Positions 26,688 through 36,280 of a DNA stretch of 39,938 bases are shown here, piece after piece. The stretch's first letter is position 1, and each line of letters opens with the position of its first letter. The notes under the pieces were generated by a model, which worked only from the letters and a program-made list of their open reading frames with translations, had not been told where the DNA came from and ran no database searches. The DNA comes from a virus (lineage: Duplodnaviria > Caudoviricetes). Location: positions 1-39,938 of the IMG/VR virus record IMGVR_UViG_3300016466_000630, one strand, 5' to 3'. The translations under genes and the position numbers were made by a program.

Positions 26688-27445
26688 TAGTTACCTACCA
26701 CAATGTTACCAGTAAATACGGCACTAGGGCTTGTTCCACCCATGACGTACTTAATGCGGAAATATGTGCCGTCAATGCCTGTAGTTTCAGGGTAGCCACT
26801 GCCGATAGTAGTTAGGCCAACACCAACACCGTTACTCAAGCTAACAGAACCACTAGACACAAATGAACCGCCTGTGGTTCCATGAGGGACATCTACCCAG
26901 TTGTTTGAGTAAAACGCTAGGGCTTGAGCGGTAAAGGCAACACCAGTCGTGCCCTCTACACCACGCACAACGGTTAGGTTTTTAAAGCCTGTTCCACCGC
27001 TATCGTTAGCTCCTACCGCCGTTACACGGACGGTTTCACGAGTAACGCTTTGGTCGTCATTGTTACTGCCATTGGCGTTGCCATATTCTACCAAGTAAAG
27101 CAATTCGCCTACAGTGGGGTTAGTTGCTGTGTTAGGCACAACAATCGTGGTAGCACTGTTGTTAATCGCCCCGATGGTACTAGAGAGGTTAAAAGGGAAA
27201 GCATTACGTTGTAACGTGGCTACAACGGTAGGGCTTGTACCCGAAACGCTAGAGGCGGTGGTGCTTAATTGTAACGACTTTGCCCGACCGTTAGCATTCA
27301 TGCCAACAACAGCTTTAGGTAAAGAACGGATTTGACGTACCGTGTTAGCAGGCATTGTGATAATGCCGTCTTTGAGAAGTACTAAGCCCCCAAAAAGAGT
27401 ACCTGTAACAGCGGGCGTAACTACTGGGATGGTTAAAAAAGACAT
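26687..27445 (-). CDS. Probable virion structural/decoration protein
   Basis: Thr/Gly/Val-rich beta protein with ETVRVTAV..LTVVRGVEGTT. Confidence 0.6.
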   Translation of the reverse strand: MSFLTIPVVTPAVTGTLFGGLVLLKDGIITMPANTVRQIRSLPKAVVGMNANGRAKSLQLSTTASSVSGTSPTVVATLQRNAFPFNLSSTIGAINNSATTIVVPNTATNPTVGELLYLVEYGNANGSNNDDQSVTRETVRVTAVGANDSGGTGFKNLTVVRGVEGTTGVAFTAQALAFYSNNWVDVPHGTTGGSFVSSGSVSLSNGVGVGLTTIGSGYPETTGIDGTYFRIKYVMGGTSPSAVFTGNIVVGN

Positions 27446-27447
27446 AG

Positions 27448-28044
27448 TTAGCGACTTTCTAAAAATCTAATAAAATAAGGATGTAAATTGGTTTTAACTA
27501 AATGAAATTGAAACTTTTTCTCGTTGCCTGTAACAACGTTTAAGTTCTTTTCATCATCATCAAAGAGTAAATGCCCAAGGTCTCCACCTTTAAAATAAAA
27601 GATATTTTTAGGTTCAAACAGAGGCATTTCTTTAAAAGTGTTTTGATTTTTATTGATGGCATCAACGTTAAAATTCGCTGGGGCAATGCTTGCAAAGTCA
27701 AACTGTTGCCAAAAAAGAACACTAGGTATCATGTGTTCTAAATTGATGTTTGCTTCACTAACCCATGTTTCAAACTGTTTTGCTAGCACTACAAGGCGTT
27801 GCTTGTCCGCTACTTCAAAAATTTGAAACCGTTTGGCTGGCAGTTTTAGCAGTTTACACAAATCTAAATACCCATACTCTGTACTTGCTTTTGCAACATG
27901 CTGGCGTTTGGCACTCACTGCTTTGCTAAATGCTTCATCAGATTCTACCCATTCGCTACCTGGGTTGCTTGATGCTTCATCAGCGTTTGCGGTTAACGTT
28001 AATTCATCTAAATCCAAACTGGGTGTTTTATGTCTCGCTAACAT
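27448..28044 (-). CDS. Hypothetical protein downstream of the capsid gene
   Basis: RBS AAGGAGG; 198 aa. Confidence 0.7.
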   Translation of the reverse strand: MLARHKTPSLDLDELTLTANADEASSNPGSEWVESDEAFSKAVSAKRQHVAKASTEYGYLDLCKLLKLPAKRFQIFEVADKQRLVVLAKQFETWVSEANINLEHMIPSVLFWQQFDFASIAPANFNVDAINKNQNTFKEMPLFEPKNIFYFKGGDLGHLLFDDDEKNLNVVTGNEKKFQFHLVKTNLHPYFIRFLESR

Positions 28045-28064
28045 AAATAAACCTCCTTACTTAA

Positions 28065-28970
28065 CTAGGAAAACGTAGCAGAAATACAGCCAAGTTTTGC
28101 GTCATACACTACGCCACCGCCGTAATGTGCTAAAGCTCGGGTTGCATCTGCAAAGGTGCTTTGTAAGCGGATTTTCTCTGTCTTTGGCTCCATAGCAGCA
28201 AAGAACTCATAACCACCTGTTACGGCCGCTGGGCATTGATATAAGCCATTGGCATTTTGGGTTAACGTGCTATCAAAGGTAACTTCTAGGCTTTCAAACA
28301 GTTTAATGGTAGGAGCGTACCCAGATACAGGTGTAGACAATTTATTGTCATCAACCATTTGAGGGGTTTGCTTGTTGTACATGTGTGCTTCAAGCAACGA
28401 CTGGGCTTCGAGAGGTAAAGCAATACGTAGGGTTTCGCCTGCTTTCAAGGCTAGACGGCTAGAAAACGTTTGCTTGAAGTCAATTAAGCCTTTGATAATG
28501 TTGTTTTCATCAAGTGCCATGTTGACGTTGTGACCTACAGCGATAGCAGACGCACAAATATCAGATACAATAAAACGGTTCATTGTATCAGCAAAACCTT
28601 CCGCCATACGCATTTGGTATTCGGCCAGTAAGTTAACAGAAAGCTCAACATCGTCCAAATCGTCTAACTGCACGGCAGAATATTTCGATTGGGTTAGGTA
28701 TAGCTTAACTGTGCCAGAGTTTGTGGGGTCATAAACAATACTTTGGCCACGAGTGTAGTCCTTAATAACAGGCGTACCTACTACGTTTACAACTACAGAG
28801 TCACCGCCTTGCTTTCCGCCAAATTTAGATTCAAACTTACGGCCAGCCAGTTGCATTGCCCCCCGCTGGTTTTCTAAGGCTTTTAAGACTTCTTGTACCA
28901 CCTGTTGATGGATAGCACTGTTGTTAGCTTGCAATCCGCTACTGCGGACGTGTCCAGTGTTATTAGGCAT
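28065..28970 (-). CDS. Major capsid protein
   Basis: GDSVVV, L.LTQSKYSAVQLDDLD..ELSVNLL, and FADATRALAHYGGGV patterns of podoviral HK97-fold capsids; follows the scaffold gene. Confidence 0.85.
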   Translation of the reverse strand: MPNNTGHVRSSGLQANNSAIHQQVVQEVLKALENQRGAMQLAGRKFESKFGGKQGGDSVVVNVVGTPVIKDYTRGQSIVYDPTNSGTVKLYLTQSKYSAVQLDDLDDVELSVNLLAEYQMRMAEGFADTMNRFIVSDICASAIAVGHNVNMALDENNIIKGLIDFKQTFSSRLALKAGETLRIALPLEAQSLLEAHMYNKQTPQMVDDNKLSTPVSGYAPTIKLFESLEVTFDSTLTQNANGLYQCPAAVTGGYEFFAAMEPKTEKIRLQSTFADATRALAHYGGGVVYDAKLGCISATFS

Positions 28971-28989
28971 GACGCACCTTTCTTTTTAG

Positions 28990-29820
28990 TTAACGGTAAA
29001 ACGTGTTAATTCTTTTAAATGGAGCATTGCTTGGTGCAATCGCATCCTCTCTTAATTGCCTTGTGTTCTTTGGAAGATCTGTTTTAGAAGCTTCTGTGGG
29101 TTGTACATATTTTTCTTGAATGTACTGCATAACAGAAGCGTTAGAAGGATTTGAGTAAAATTGAGTTTGCTGTTCTGCAGAATAGGCAATAAGTTCTTTG
29201 AGTTCCTTTTGTAACTGGGCTTCAACTAAAGGGGTAATATGTTTACCGTTTTTAGTCAATTCATTAAAGCGGTCAGCAAATGCCTGCTCTGTAGCACTGT
29301 AAAAGGTTTCGAGTTGTTGAACAATAGGGGCGACAACACTATCCTTTTCAGCAATTTCTTGCAATGCTTCAAAGATGCCAACATGCTGTTTAAGTGCTTC
29401 GTGTTCATACATCGGCTCGATAAAACGAGAATCAATGTAATGTTGCGTGAGTTCGGGATCAGCTGGTTGAGCTAGTTTTTTTTCTAAAAACTCATTCAAC
29501 ACGGCTTCGGGAGACTCGGCCAGCTTCTCAAGGAAATCCGTAGAATCCTCTTCTTTTGGGCTTGCGACTTTAGCTTCCAGTGCGTCAATTTTAGCTTGTA
29601 AGGCTTGAATTTGTTGCTCTCTGGCTTGCTCTGTTAGTCGGCGGTTGCGGTCATCAATACGTCTCTGTGCAAACTTTTTATTGTGACGTGCCTGCTCATT
29701 TCCTGCGTTAGTTTGTGGCTCGGCTGTTTCAACAACATCGTTATCAGACGTGTTATTATCAGACGCTTCTTGCTCAAAAGAAGGTGTAATTTCTTCAAAT
29801 CCATCATTATCAAAGAACAT
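28990..29820 (-). CDS. Capsid scaffolding protein
   Basis: Acidic N-terminus, KKFAQRRID coiled coil, directly upstream of the capsid gene. Confidence 0.7.
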   Translation of the reverse strand: MFFDNDGFEEITPSFEQEASDNNTSDNDVVETAEPQTNAGNEQARHNKKFAQRRIDDRNRRLTEQAREQQIQALQAKIDALEAKVASPKEEDSTDFLEKLAESPEAVLNEFLEKKLAQPADPELTQHYIDSRFIEPMYEHEALKQHVGIFEALQEIAEKDSVVAPIVQQLETFYSATEQAFADRFNELTKNGKHITPLVEAQLQKELKELIAYSAEQQTQFYSNPSNASVMQYIQEKYVQPTEASKTDLPKNTRQLREDAIAPSNAPFKRINTFYR

Positions 29821-29942
29821 AAGGGTTTTCTCTTTCTATAGAAAGGCTATCTCTAGTGCGTTATTATCAGACACTAGGCAAATGCACACACTTGTGCTAC
29901 TATAAGTATAACAGGTTTTACAAAAAAGAAAAGGGGTAATTT

Positions 29943-30479
29943 ATGCCTCCTGCAAAAAAAACAAAGGCTCCTCCAGCTCGGCTACAGTTTGACGAAGCGG
30001 ATATTGCCTACAAATACATTTATAAAAACATGTCCATTGCGGATATTCGTGAAGAATTAGGTTTGACTGTTAAAAATACACCTACCGAATATAAAGCGTT
30101 TTTACGTCTAGTGCAAAGCAACATAGGTACTTGGAATGCAGAACAAGCGTTGTATCGTGAAGACTTGCGTAGGGCAACAGTAAACGATGTAGCCCCTACG
30201 CTTTCTATAGCGATTAAAACCATAGCATCCCATGCCATGGATGTGATGCAAGAGGCAAGCAAGCATGTAAAAGAGTACATGCAACCTACTGTGGGTGCGG
30301 ATGAAAAAGTAAACACTAACGCTATTGGCTTTATGAAAGATGCAACCAAGTGTGTCTTGGAACTAGCCAAGGCGTTGGAGGTTGTCGCCCCTGCCAAGGA
30401 ACAAACAGAAGCAACACAAGAAGATATCTCGTTTCAGTTGGTTATTCAACCTTTGGAGCCTTTGGAGGATGTTACCTAG
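29943..30479 (+). CDS. terS: Probable terminase small subunit
   Basis: HTH-like N-terminus, helical body, stop overlapping the TerL start. Confidence 0.6.
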   Translation: MPPAKKTKAPPARLQFDEADIAYKYIYKNMSIADIREELGLTVKNTPTEYKAFLRLVQSNIGTWNAEQALYREDLRRATVNDVAPTLSIAIKTIASHAMDVMQEASKHVKEYMQPTVGADEKVNTNAIGFMKDATKCVLELAKALEVVAPAKEQTEATQEDISFQLVIQPLEPLEDVT

Positions 30480-31771
30480 TGGTTACAGTTAGTCTGCCTA
30501 TGGCAAAACCTCATTGGCAAATCTACCATTGCGACAAGCAATTTAGGGTCGTTAATGCTGGTCGGCGTTTTGGGAAGACACTGTTAGCCATTGCAGAAAT
30601 TATTAGGGCAGTCTCCACAAAGTACACCGATGCGGTAGGCAATGTTTTAAAGCCGATTGTTTTCTATGCGGCTCCTACACAAACGCAAGCCAAAGAGATT
30701 ATGTGGGATAGGCTACTAGATGCCCTAGGAAGCTCGGTTAAGGCGACTAACGTTGCCACGCTAACGATTAAGCTAAAAAACGGTGCTATGATACGCCTAG
30801 GTGGTTCTAAAAACTGGAATAGTTTTCGGGGTAAGTATTGCTGTTTGTTTATTGTGGATGAGTTTGCTTTTTGCGAAAAGCCTGAAGATTTTAAGAATGC
30901 GATTTTACCCATGCTGGCGACTCCTGTCCCTGCTGGGCGTGTGTTGTACTTGTCAACACCTAATGGTAAAGACCATTTTTACGAAAACTACATGAAAGAA
31001 AAAGAAGACCCTGTGCGGTGGAAAAGTTTTCATTTTTCATCGCTAGATGGCAAGCTAACAACAGAAGCATTTATTGAAGATTTGCGAAGCTCGTTCACGC
31101 CTACCAAGTTTAGGCAAGAGTTTTTTGGCGAGTTTATTAACCCTACAGGATTAGTGTACTATGCGTTTAGTCGGGATGTTCATGTAATTGATGGAAATTA
31201 CTACCCTAAAAAGCATCATGACCTTCACTGGGCTTGGGATTTTAACGTAAACCCTGCGTGTCATTCAACCATAAGTTATATTCGGCCTGATAAGACTGTT
31301 ATTGTGGTAGATGAAATTGCTATCGGTAACACGCCTGACAACCTAAAGGAGTTTATGGCCAAGTACCCCCCTAGGCATTTTGCGCGCCTTTATTTGTATG
31401 GTGATTGCACTGGCAATAGAAACACCTCGGGCAAGACGGATTACATTGTCATGCTTGAAACGTTGCGTAGTAATGGCTATGATGTACACCTGAAAGCTAC
31501 TAAAAGCAATCCTGCCGTTCGGGATAGAACAGAAAATGTTAATAGGATTTTGCTAGACTCTTTAGGCAATAAAAAAATGTTTGTGTTGTCTAAATGTGGG
31601 TTGCTTATTAACGATTTTGAGAAAGTAAAACGCACCGTCAATAGTGGCATTGATAAAACAAGTGATGCTGATTTAAGTCACATTAGTGACGCAATAGGGT
31701 ATCAGTTATGGGTGACGCACCCTCCACGCATTACACAACAAAAGCCAGCGAAGGAATTAAATGTTGCATGA
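30479..31771 (+). CDS. terL: Terminase large subunit
   Basis: AGRRFGKT Walker A, YAAPT..QAK, FIVDEFA Walker B, STPNG, WDFN and HISDAIGY nuclease motifs; GTG start at 30479 after GGAGG. Confidence 0.95.
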   Translation: MVTVSLPMAKPHWQIYHCDKQFRVVNAGRRFGKTLLAIAEIIRAVSTKYTDAVGNVLKPIVFYAAPTQTQAKEIMWDRLLDALGSSVKATNVATLTIKLKNGAMIRLGGSKNWNSFRGKYCCLFIVDEFAFCEKPEDFKNAILPMLATPVPAGRVLYLSTPNGKDHFYENYMKEKEDPVRWKSFHFSSLDGKLTTEAFIEDLRSSFTPTKFRQEFFGEFINPTGLVYYAFSRDVHVIDGNYYPKKHHDLHWAWDFNVNPACHSTISYIRPDKTVIVVDEIAIGNTPDNLKEFMAKYPPRHFARLYLYGDCTGNRNTSGKTDYIVMLETLRSNGYDVHLKATKSNPAVRDRTENVNRILLDSLGNKKMFVLSKCGLLINDFEKVKRTVNSGIDKTSDADLSHISDAIGYQLWVTHPPRITQQKPAKELNVA

Positions 31772-33738
31772 TAGATTTTGAATACGAAGATATTTCTATT
31801 TTTGAAGCCCCTGTGAAAAACAAGATAGCCGTTCTTAAAGACCAGCGTAAAGAGGTGGAGCGGTTATGGCAAGTGTGCGAGGATGTGTGGGATAACATCT
31901 TTGATACTCAAGATACTGGACGTGTTGTTCCTTTGGCTGATTATCGCTATGTCCCTTTGGCTCGGCAAGTGGCACGCAACATCCAAAACCAAATATACTC
32001 TCGGGCAGTATCTAACCCTACGACCATTTTCGGGATTGTAGGAAAAACAAAAGCAACTCGTGAGCGAGAAAAGATTTTTGAAGCCTATTTAAAAGAGAAA
32101 ATCTTAACAACTGATTTCAAAAACGAGCTACAAAAAGTAATTCAAGATGGATTAAAGTATGGGGCTGGTGTAGCGTTAATTGAGTTTAAAGAAAAAACAA
32201 AACGGTATCGTAAAGCACTTCAAGATGGAACAGTGATTATTGAGGAGGCGGTAGAATCTCGAACTGCTGGCATTCGGTGCATACGTCCTTATGATTTTTA
32301 CTTTGATACGGCTGAAAACGAATTTTGCGATGCGTTTAAAGTGGTTGTTTCGTATTTGTCAGAATCTGCTTTACTTAAAGCCTATCCTGATTGCACGGAA
32401 AAACTAACACGCTTTTTTGAGCGTGCAGAAAATGCAAAAAGCGAGGCGTTTCGTGGGTTCAATCAAGGGGTTAGATACGAAAAACCTATTTACAAAGATG
32501 GAAAGATTTTAGTGCAAGAATGCTACGGCTCAATAAAAGCGGATGGGCAATGGTACCATGATATGCAATTTGTCATGGTAGGGAATGAGGTCTTAGTTAA
32601 GGCACAAAAGAATCCATATTTTACTAACCCTGTTCATTTGTACACGGTTCGCAACAGTGATGACGGCTGGGGCGAGGGCGGTATTCTTTATGAAAACAGT
32701 GGGCTTTTAAAGGGGTACAATCATTTCAACGCAACGGCGTTAGGCTCGATGGAGTATGTCATTCGTCCTGCGTATTTAGTACCTGCTGGAACGCTAGAAC
32801 AAGACGTGAAAATGAAGCCAGGTGCGTTCATCCCTATGAATCCTGATGTGCTAGGTGATTTTAAACCCCAACGCATTGATATTAACCCTGATGGGGCGTT
32901 GAGTGTGCTTCCATTGCTTGAAAGAAACCTTCAAGGGGTATCGGGGGCAGTGCGTCAAATTACAGGGGATGTTAGTACAACAGACGCTTCTCAAACCGCT
33001 ACAGAGTTTCAAGGCTTGGCAATGGCCGCTAATATCGATATGGATGTGCAGATTGACCGCTTTAACAATTTGTTTAAGTTGCCTTTAGTGGAAGCGTTGA
33101 GCCATACGATTGCTTGTTATTTTGCTGAAGAGAAAACTGTGGAAGTGCTTGGGAAAACAGGGAAAAAAGAAGAGACGATTTACCCTGATGATTTTTACGA
33201 GTCTTGGGATTTTATTGTGACCGACAACAAAAGCAAGCAAGCAGAGGCTAATTTGCTACAACAGAAGATTCAAATGCTTCAACTGATTGCTTCTTTACCC
33301 TCGGGACGCAATGTTAATTTTGAGGAACTTGCAAAGCAATTATTGAAAGATGGCGGTTTTGCGGTGGATGATTTATTCATGGATGATACGCAAGTCATCT
33401 TTAATCAGTTAAACGCATCGTTACAGCAAGCGTTTTTACAAGCCTTGGCACAAAAAGCAAGCGAACAATATGTGGATTTAACTCCTTTGGTATTGCAGAC
33501 CATGGGCGAAGGTGTGGCGGAGTTTCAAGAGTCGCTAATGAAAGGTTTAGATGATGGACAAGATGACAATCAAGGAATGCTTCAACAAAACCCAGTTGCC
33601 CCGTTTGATCAGCTCGGAGGTGTTTCAGAGGGAACTCCAAACCTTTCAGCACTTATTGGTGGCCTCACAACTCAAAACGGTGGGGGGGCAAGCGGAGGCG
33701 TGTATCAACAAAATGACGGAACAGGAATGGGTTATTAA
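31768..33738 (+). CDS. Portal protein
   Basis: ATGA overlap with TerL; DGLKYGAGV, IRPYDFYFD, KPGAFIP, TATE motifs of P22/T7-like portals. Confidence 0.88.
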   Translation: MIDFEYEDISIFEAPVKNKIAVLKDQRKEVERLWQVCEDVWDNIFDTQDTGRVVPLADYRYVPLARQVARNIQNQIYSRAVSNPTTIFGIVGKTKATREREKIFEAYLKEKILTTDFKNELQKVIQDGLKYGAGVALIEFKEKTKRYRKALQDGTVIIEEAVESRTAGIRCIRPYDFYFDTAENEFCDAFKVVVSYLSESALLKAYPDCTEKLTRFFERAENAKSEAFRGFNQGVRYEKPIYKDGKILVQECYGSIKADGQWYHDMQFVMVGNEVLVKAQKNPYFTNPVHLYTVRNSDDGWGEGGILYENSGLLKGYNHFNATALGSMEYVIRPAYLVPAGTLEQDVKMKPGAFIPMNPDVLGDFKPQRIDINPDGALSVLPLLERNLQGVSGAVRQITGDVSTTDASQTATEFQGLAMAANIDMDVQIDRFNNLFKLPLVEALSHTIACYFAEEKTVEVLGKTGKKEETIYPDDFYESWDFIVTDNKSKQAEANLLQQKIQMLQLIASLPSGRNVNFEELAKQLLKDGGFAVDDLFMDDTQVIFNQLNASLQQAFLQALAQKASEQYVDLTPLVLQTMGEGVAEFQESLMKGLDDGQDDNQGMLQQNPVAPFDQLGGVSEGTPNLSALIGGLTTQNGGGASGGVYQQNDGTGMGY

Positions 33739-33814
33739 AATGGGCTTGCGTTTTGCCAAGACACAAGGCACAATGGAATTATTGGAGGTGCTAACCGATG
33801 ATGGCAGAGTATAA
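33551..33814 (+). CDS. Small ORF overlapping the portal 3' end in another frame
   Basis: 87 aa, AAAGG upstream, bridges the gap to the tail fibre gene and overlaps its start. Confidence 0.45.
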   Translation: MMDKMTIKECFNKTQLPRLISSEVFQRELQTFQHLLVASQLKTVGGQAEACINKMTEQEWVIKMGLRFAKTQGTMELLEVLTDDGRV

Positions 33815-35048
33815 TCCGTTACACAGTGCCGAAATAAACAGTGGTTTAAATGTGTATAGTTACCATTTAAAAGACAATTTCAATGCTATTAAAACATCCA
33901 CTGATACAAAGCTAAACAAGGATAGTGCGACTACTCAAAATGTGGCAGGCATAGTTATTTTTAATCAACTAGAAGTTACTACTTTTAGTGGTAATCCTAA
34001 CTTTACTGGCACGCCTATTTTGACTAATTTAGGGCTAGGTGTTACATCCCTCACCCCTGTAGCAGATTTAAACGCCATTGCCACGGCTGGGCATGTAGTG
34101 GCTAACGATGCTACGGCAAACAAACCCACTGCTACAGGCGTGTACACAGTCACTACCCTGGCTGGAAACAACACCACAAGTTCAACTCAAACAGCCGTAA
34201 ACACCGCCGTTGCTGGTGACGTGTGGGTGCGTCAAGAAACAGCTGGAACATGGGGGGCATGGAGACAACTATCAGATAGACAATATGCTTTAGGCGACTC
34301 CATTCGTGGAGCCGTGCCAACATATACAAGCACTACTTCAATAACGATGGGGGCTGGCTTGGATTGTGCCGATTCTGCTCGTAGCACACGCATCACCATT
34401 GCCAACGCCACGGTTGTGAACTTTGGAACGATTGGGTTGAACGGCTTAGACACTGGTACAATTGCAAGCAATACATGGTATTATATCCATGCCATACTAA
34501 ATCCAACCACAGGGGCTACAGGCTATCTAGCCTCTACTAGCTCAACCAGCCCAACGATGCCAAGTGGGTTTACCATTCGGCGGTTGTTGCAGTACCAAAT
34601 TAAAACTGCTTCAGGTGGAGCCACGATTCAACCGTTTCGCTTTTACGATGACGGCCAATCGTTGCGGTGCGAATGGACAACTAGCCGAGCCGATGGGATT
34701 ATTTTTAACACACCAGGGATAGGTTCGGCGACACCTTATGTTGTGGATGCTAGTAGCAGTGTACCTCCTATTTGCAATGGATTGAATGCTAAGTTAATTG
34801 CGAACGTATGGCAAGATACAGGTACTCAAAGCACATGGTCTAGGCTTTCTACAGATGCTGGTACTGCTAACAACTGGATTGTTTTATCCGCACAACCATG
34901 GGTGGCTGAATCGGAGTTTGAAATTGATTTATATGACGGAACACGGCAGTTTAGACTTCGTAACGATGCCAGCGGTGGCGGTGCAGCGGCTTGTACTTGC
35001 ATAGTCACTACTTTAGGGTATATCTTTTATTACAAAGGAGTCATCTAA
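33798..35048 (+). CDS. Tail fibre / receptor-binding protein
   Basis: Thr/Gly-rich; WVRQ..GTWGAWRQ knob-like motif; NGLDTGTIASNTWYYIHAI...PTMPSGFT..R motif. Confidence 0.8.
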   Translation: MMAEYNPLHSAEINSGLNVYSYHLKDNFNAIKTSTDTKLNKDSATTQNVAGIVIFNQLEVTTFSGNPNFTGTPILTNLGLGVTSLTPVADLNAIATAGHVVANDATANKPTATGVYTVTTLAGNNTTSSTQTAVNTAVAGDVWVRQETAGTWGAWRQLSDRQYALGDSIRGAVPTYTSTTSITMGAGLDCADSARSTRITIANATVVNFGTIGLNGLDTGTIASNTWYYIHAILNPTTGATGYLASTSSTSPTMPSGFTIRRLLQYQIKTASGGATIQPFRFYDDGQSLRCEWTTSRADGIIFNTPGIGSATPYVVDASSSVPPICNGLNAKLIANVWQDTGTQSTWSRLSTDAGTANNWIVLSAQPWVAESEFEIDLYDGTRQFRLRNDASGGGAAACTCIVTTLGYIFYYKGVI

Positions 35049-35050
35049 TT

Positions 35051-35434
35051 ATGGGCTACATTGTTACGTTAGGGCAAGCCCCCAACACCTACACAGGATT
35101 TAGAGCGGCCACCGCTGATATGGAAGTCAACGAAGGCGAGCTATTCGTGGAAAGCCTTGAAGGCTGGAGCCAAGAAGTGCCTACGCCACCACCAACGCCG
35201 TTAAGTGTTCTTGCCGAGCTTGAAGCATGGGCTGGTGCTAAACCTGTTGAATGGCTCATGACGTGGGCGACTCAAATTACGTTGTTACGCACCTTGTTTC
35301 AATGGTGGGGTGCTGATAACAACCCACTGAATAAAGCCAAGCTACTTGATGCCCTTGAAGCATTACGAGCCGTTGAGGGCGTATCTCAACAAGAAGTCGA
35401 TTATCTCGTCAGCAAAGTGAACGAGGTGCCCTAG
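35051..35434 (+). CDS. Tail fibre assembly/accessory protein (putative)
   Basis: RBS AAGGAG, ATG 35051, directly after the fibre gene; Pro-rich linker. Confidence 0.6.
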   Translation: MGYIVTLGQAPNTYTGFRAATADMEVNEGELFVESLEGWSQEVPTPPPTPLSVLAELEAWAGAKPVEWLMTWATQITLLRTLFQWWGADNNPLNKAKLLDALEALRAVEGVSQQEVDYLVSKVNEVP

Positions 35435-35448
35435 AAAGGACCGCAACT

Positions 35449-35589
35449 ATGTACTGGAAGATTCTTATTTCAGCAGTTATCTTTGTTCTTGAAACCCACG
35501 GTGAAGCGATTGCCAAAGACACAAAGAACCCTTTTGATGACTTAGCTATTCAAGCTCTCATCAAAGCGTTAAAATTGATAAAAGTGTAA
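35449..35589 (+). CDS. Small protein (46 aa, not in the ORF track), possible lysis/membrane accessory
   Basis: RBS GAAAGGA; MYWKILISAVIFVLETHGEAIAKDTKNPFDDLAIQALIKALKLIKV. Confidence 0.65.
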   Translation: MYWKILISAVIFVLETHGEAIAKDTKNPFDDLAIQALIKALKLIKV

Positions 35590-35604
35590 CTAATTCCTCC
35601 CTTT

Positions 35605-35634
35605 AGGGGGTACTAAACATACCCCCCTTTTTTT
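35605..35634 (+). terminator. Rho-independent terminator
   Basis: GGGGGTA/TACCCCC stem followed by a T run. Confidence 0.75.
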
Positions 35635-35692
35635 GAGGGGCATTCTTAAATAACGAACATTTAGATATTATCAGACACGATAGAAAAACACC

Positions 35693-35956
35693 ATGGATTT
35701 CATACAACTATTGCCATACATTAAAGACTTCCCTTTGCTCATTACCTTTGTGGGTGCTTTGTGGTTTGCCTACCACTACATGGGGAAGCCTCTACTGGGT
35801 AAGCTAGACGGTACTAACCAGCGGCTAGACAACCTAACCGATGGCTTAGTGCAACACAAGCTTTCTACAGCCGAACAGCTTTACGCAATGCGAGCAGATA
35901 TTGTTAAGCTAGAAAGCAAAATTGACAATTTAATTAAAAGTGATTACAATAAGTGA
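35693..35956 (+). CDS. Single-TM plus coiled-coil protein, holin-like candidate
   Basis: Hydrophobic N-terminus followed by heptads; late region near the amidase. Confidence 0.55.
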   Translation: MDFIQLLPYIKDFPLLITFVGALWFAYHYMGKPLLGKLDGTNQRLDNLTDGLVQHKLSTAEQLYAMRADIVKLESKIDNLIKSDYNK

Positions 35957-36019
35957 AACACACACAAGCGTTTGCATCAGAATACACGATAACAGAGATA
36001 ATAATTTAATACTACAGCC

Positions 36020-36101
36020 CCCCCCTAGACGGAAGAAACTAGGGGGTATTTTTTTACATACTATAACCCCCCTTAACCAAAAAAAAGGTTAAGGGGGATT
36101 A
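36020..36101. terminator. Pair of terminator hairpins between convergent units
   Basis: CCCCCTAG/CTAGGGGG + T run (36020-36055); CCCCCTTAACC/GGTTAAGGGGG (36068-36097). Confidence 0.7.
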
Positions 36102-36103
36102 TA

Positions 36104-36188
36104 TGGCCTTTAGAGGGATTTGAACCGACGACCTGTATCACCGCATTAAAGGGATTGATACTGCTCTACCAGGCTGAGCTACAAAGGT
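36104..36188 (-). tRNA. tRNA-like RNA with extended anticodon arm (non-canonical)
   Basis: CCTTTG/TAAAGG acceptor + CCA; D arm GCTC-AGCCTGGTA-GAGC; T loop TTCAAAT (stem 3 of 5 pairs); anticodon stem GTATC/GATAC encloses 17 nt. Confidence 0.7.
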
Positions 36189-36280
36189 ATGAAGGAATAT
36201 GAGCCAAACACCTACATTACTCATAATCCAGCAGCTCAACGTGTGTAAGCGAAGAGTGTTCACGAAGAGGCTTTTTAAAT

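Noticed and set aside
14005-27335. Many plus-strand ORFs opposite the structural genes
   Set aside because: Antisense shadows of long minus-strand genes, without RBS or recognisable motifs
30350-30478. Upstream extensions of TerL (and of portal, 31708-31767)
   Set aside because: Deep overlap with the preceding gene; coupled starts with RBS at 30479 and 31768 fit better
36104-36188. tRNA as attP site or evidence of stop-codon recoding
   Set aside because: No integrase recognised; all three stop codons end well-formed genes and no core gene is interrupted
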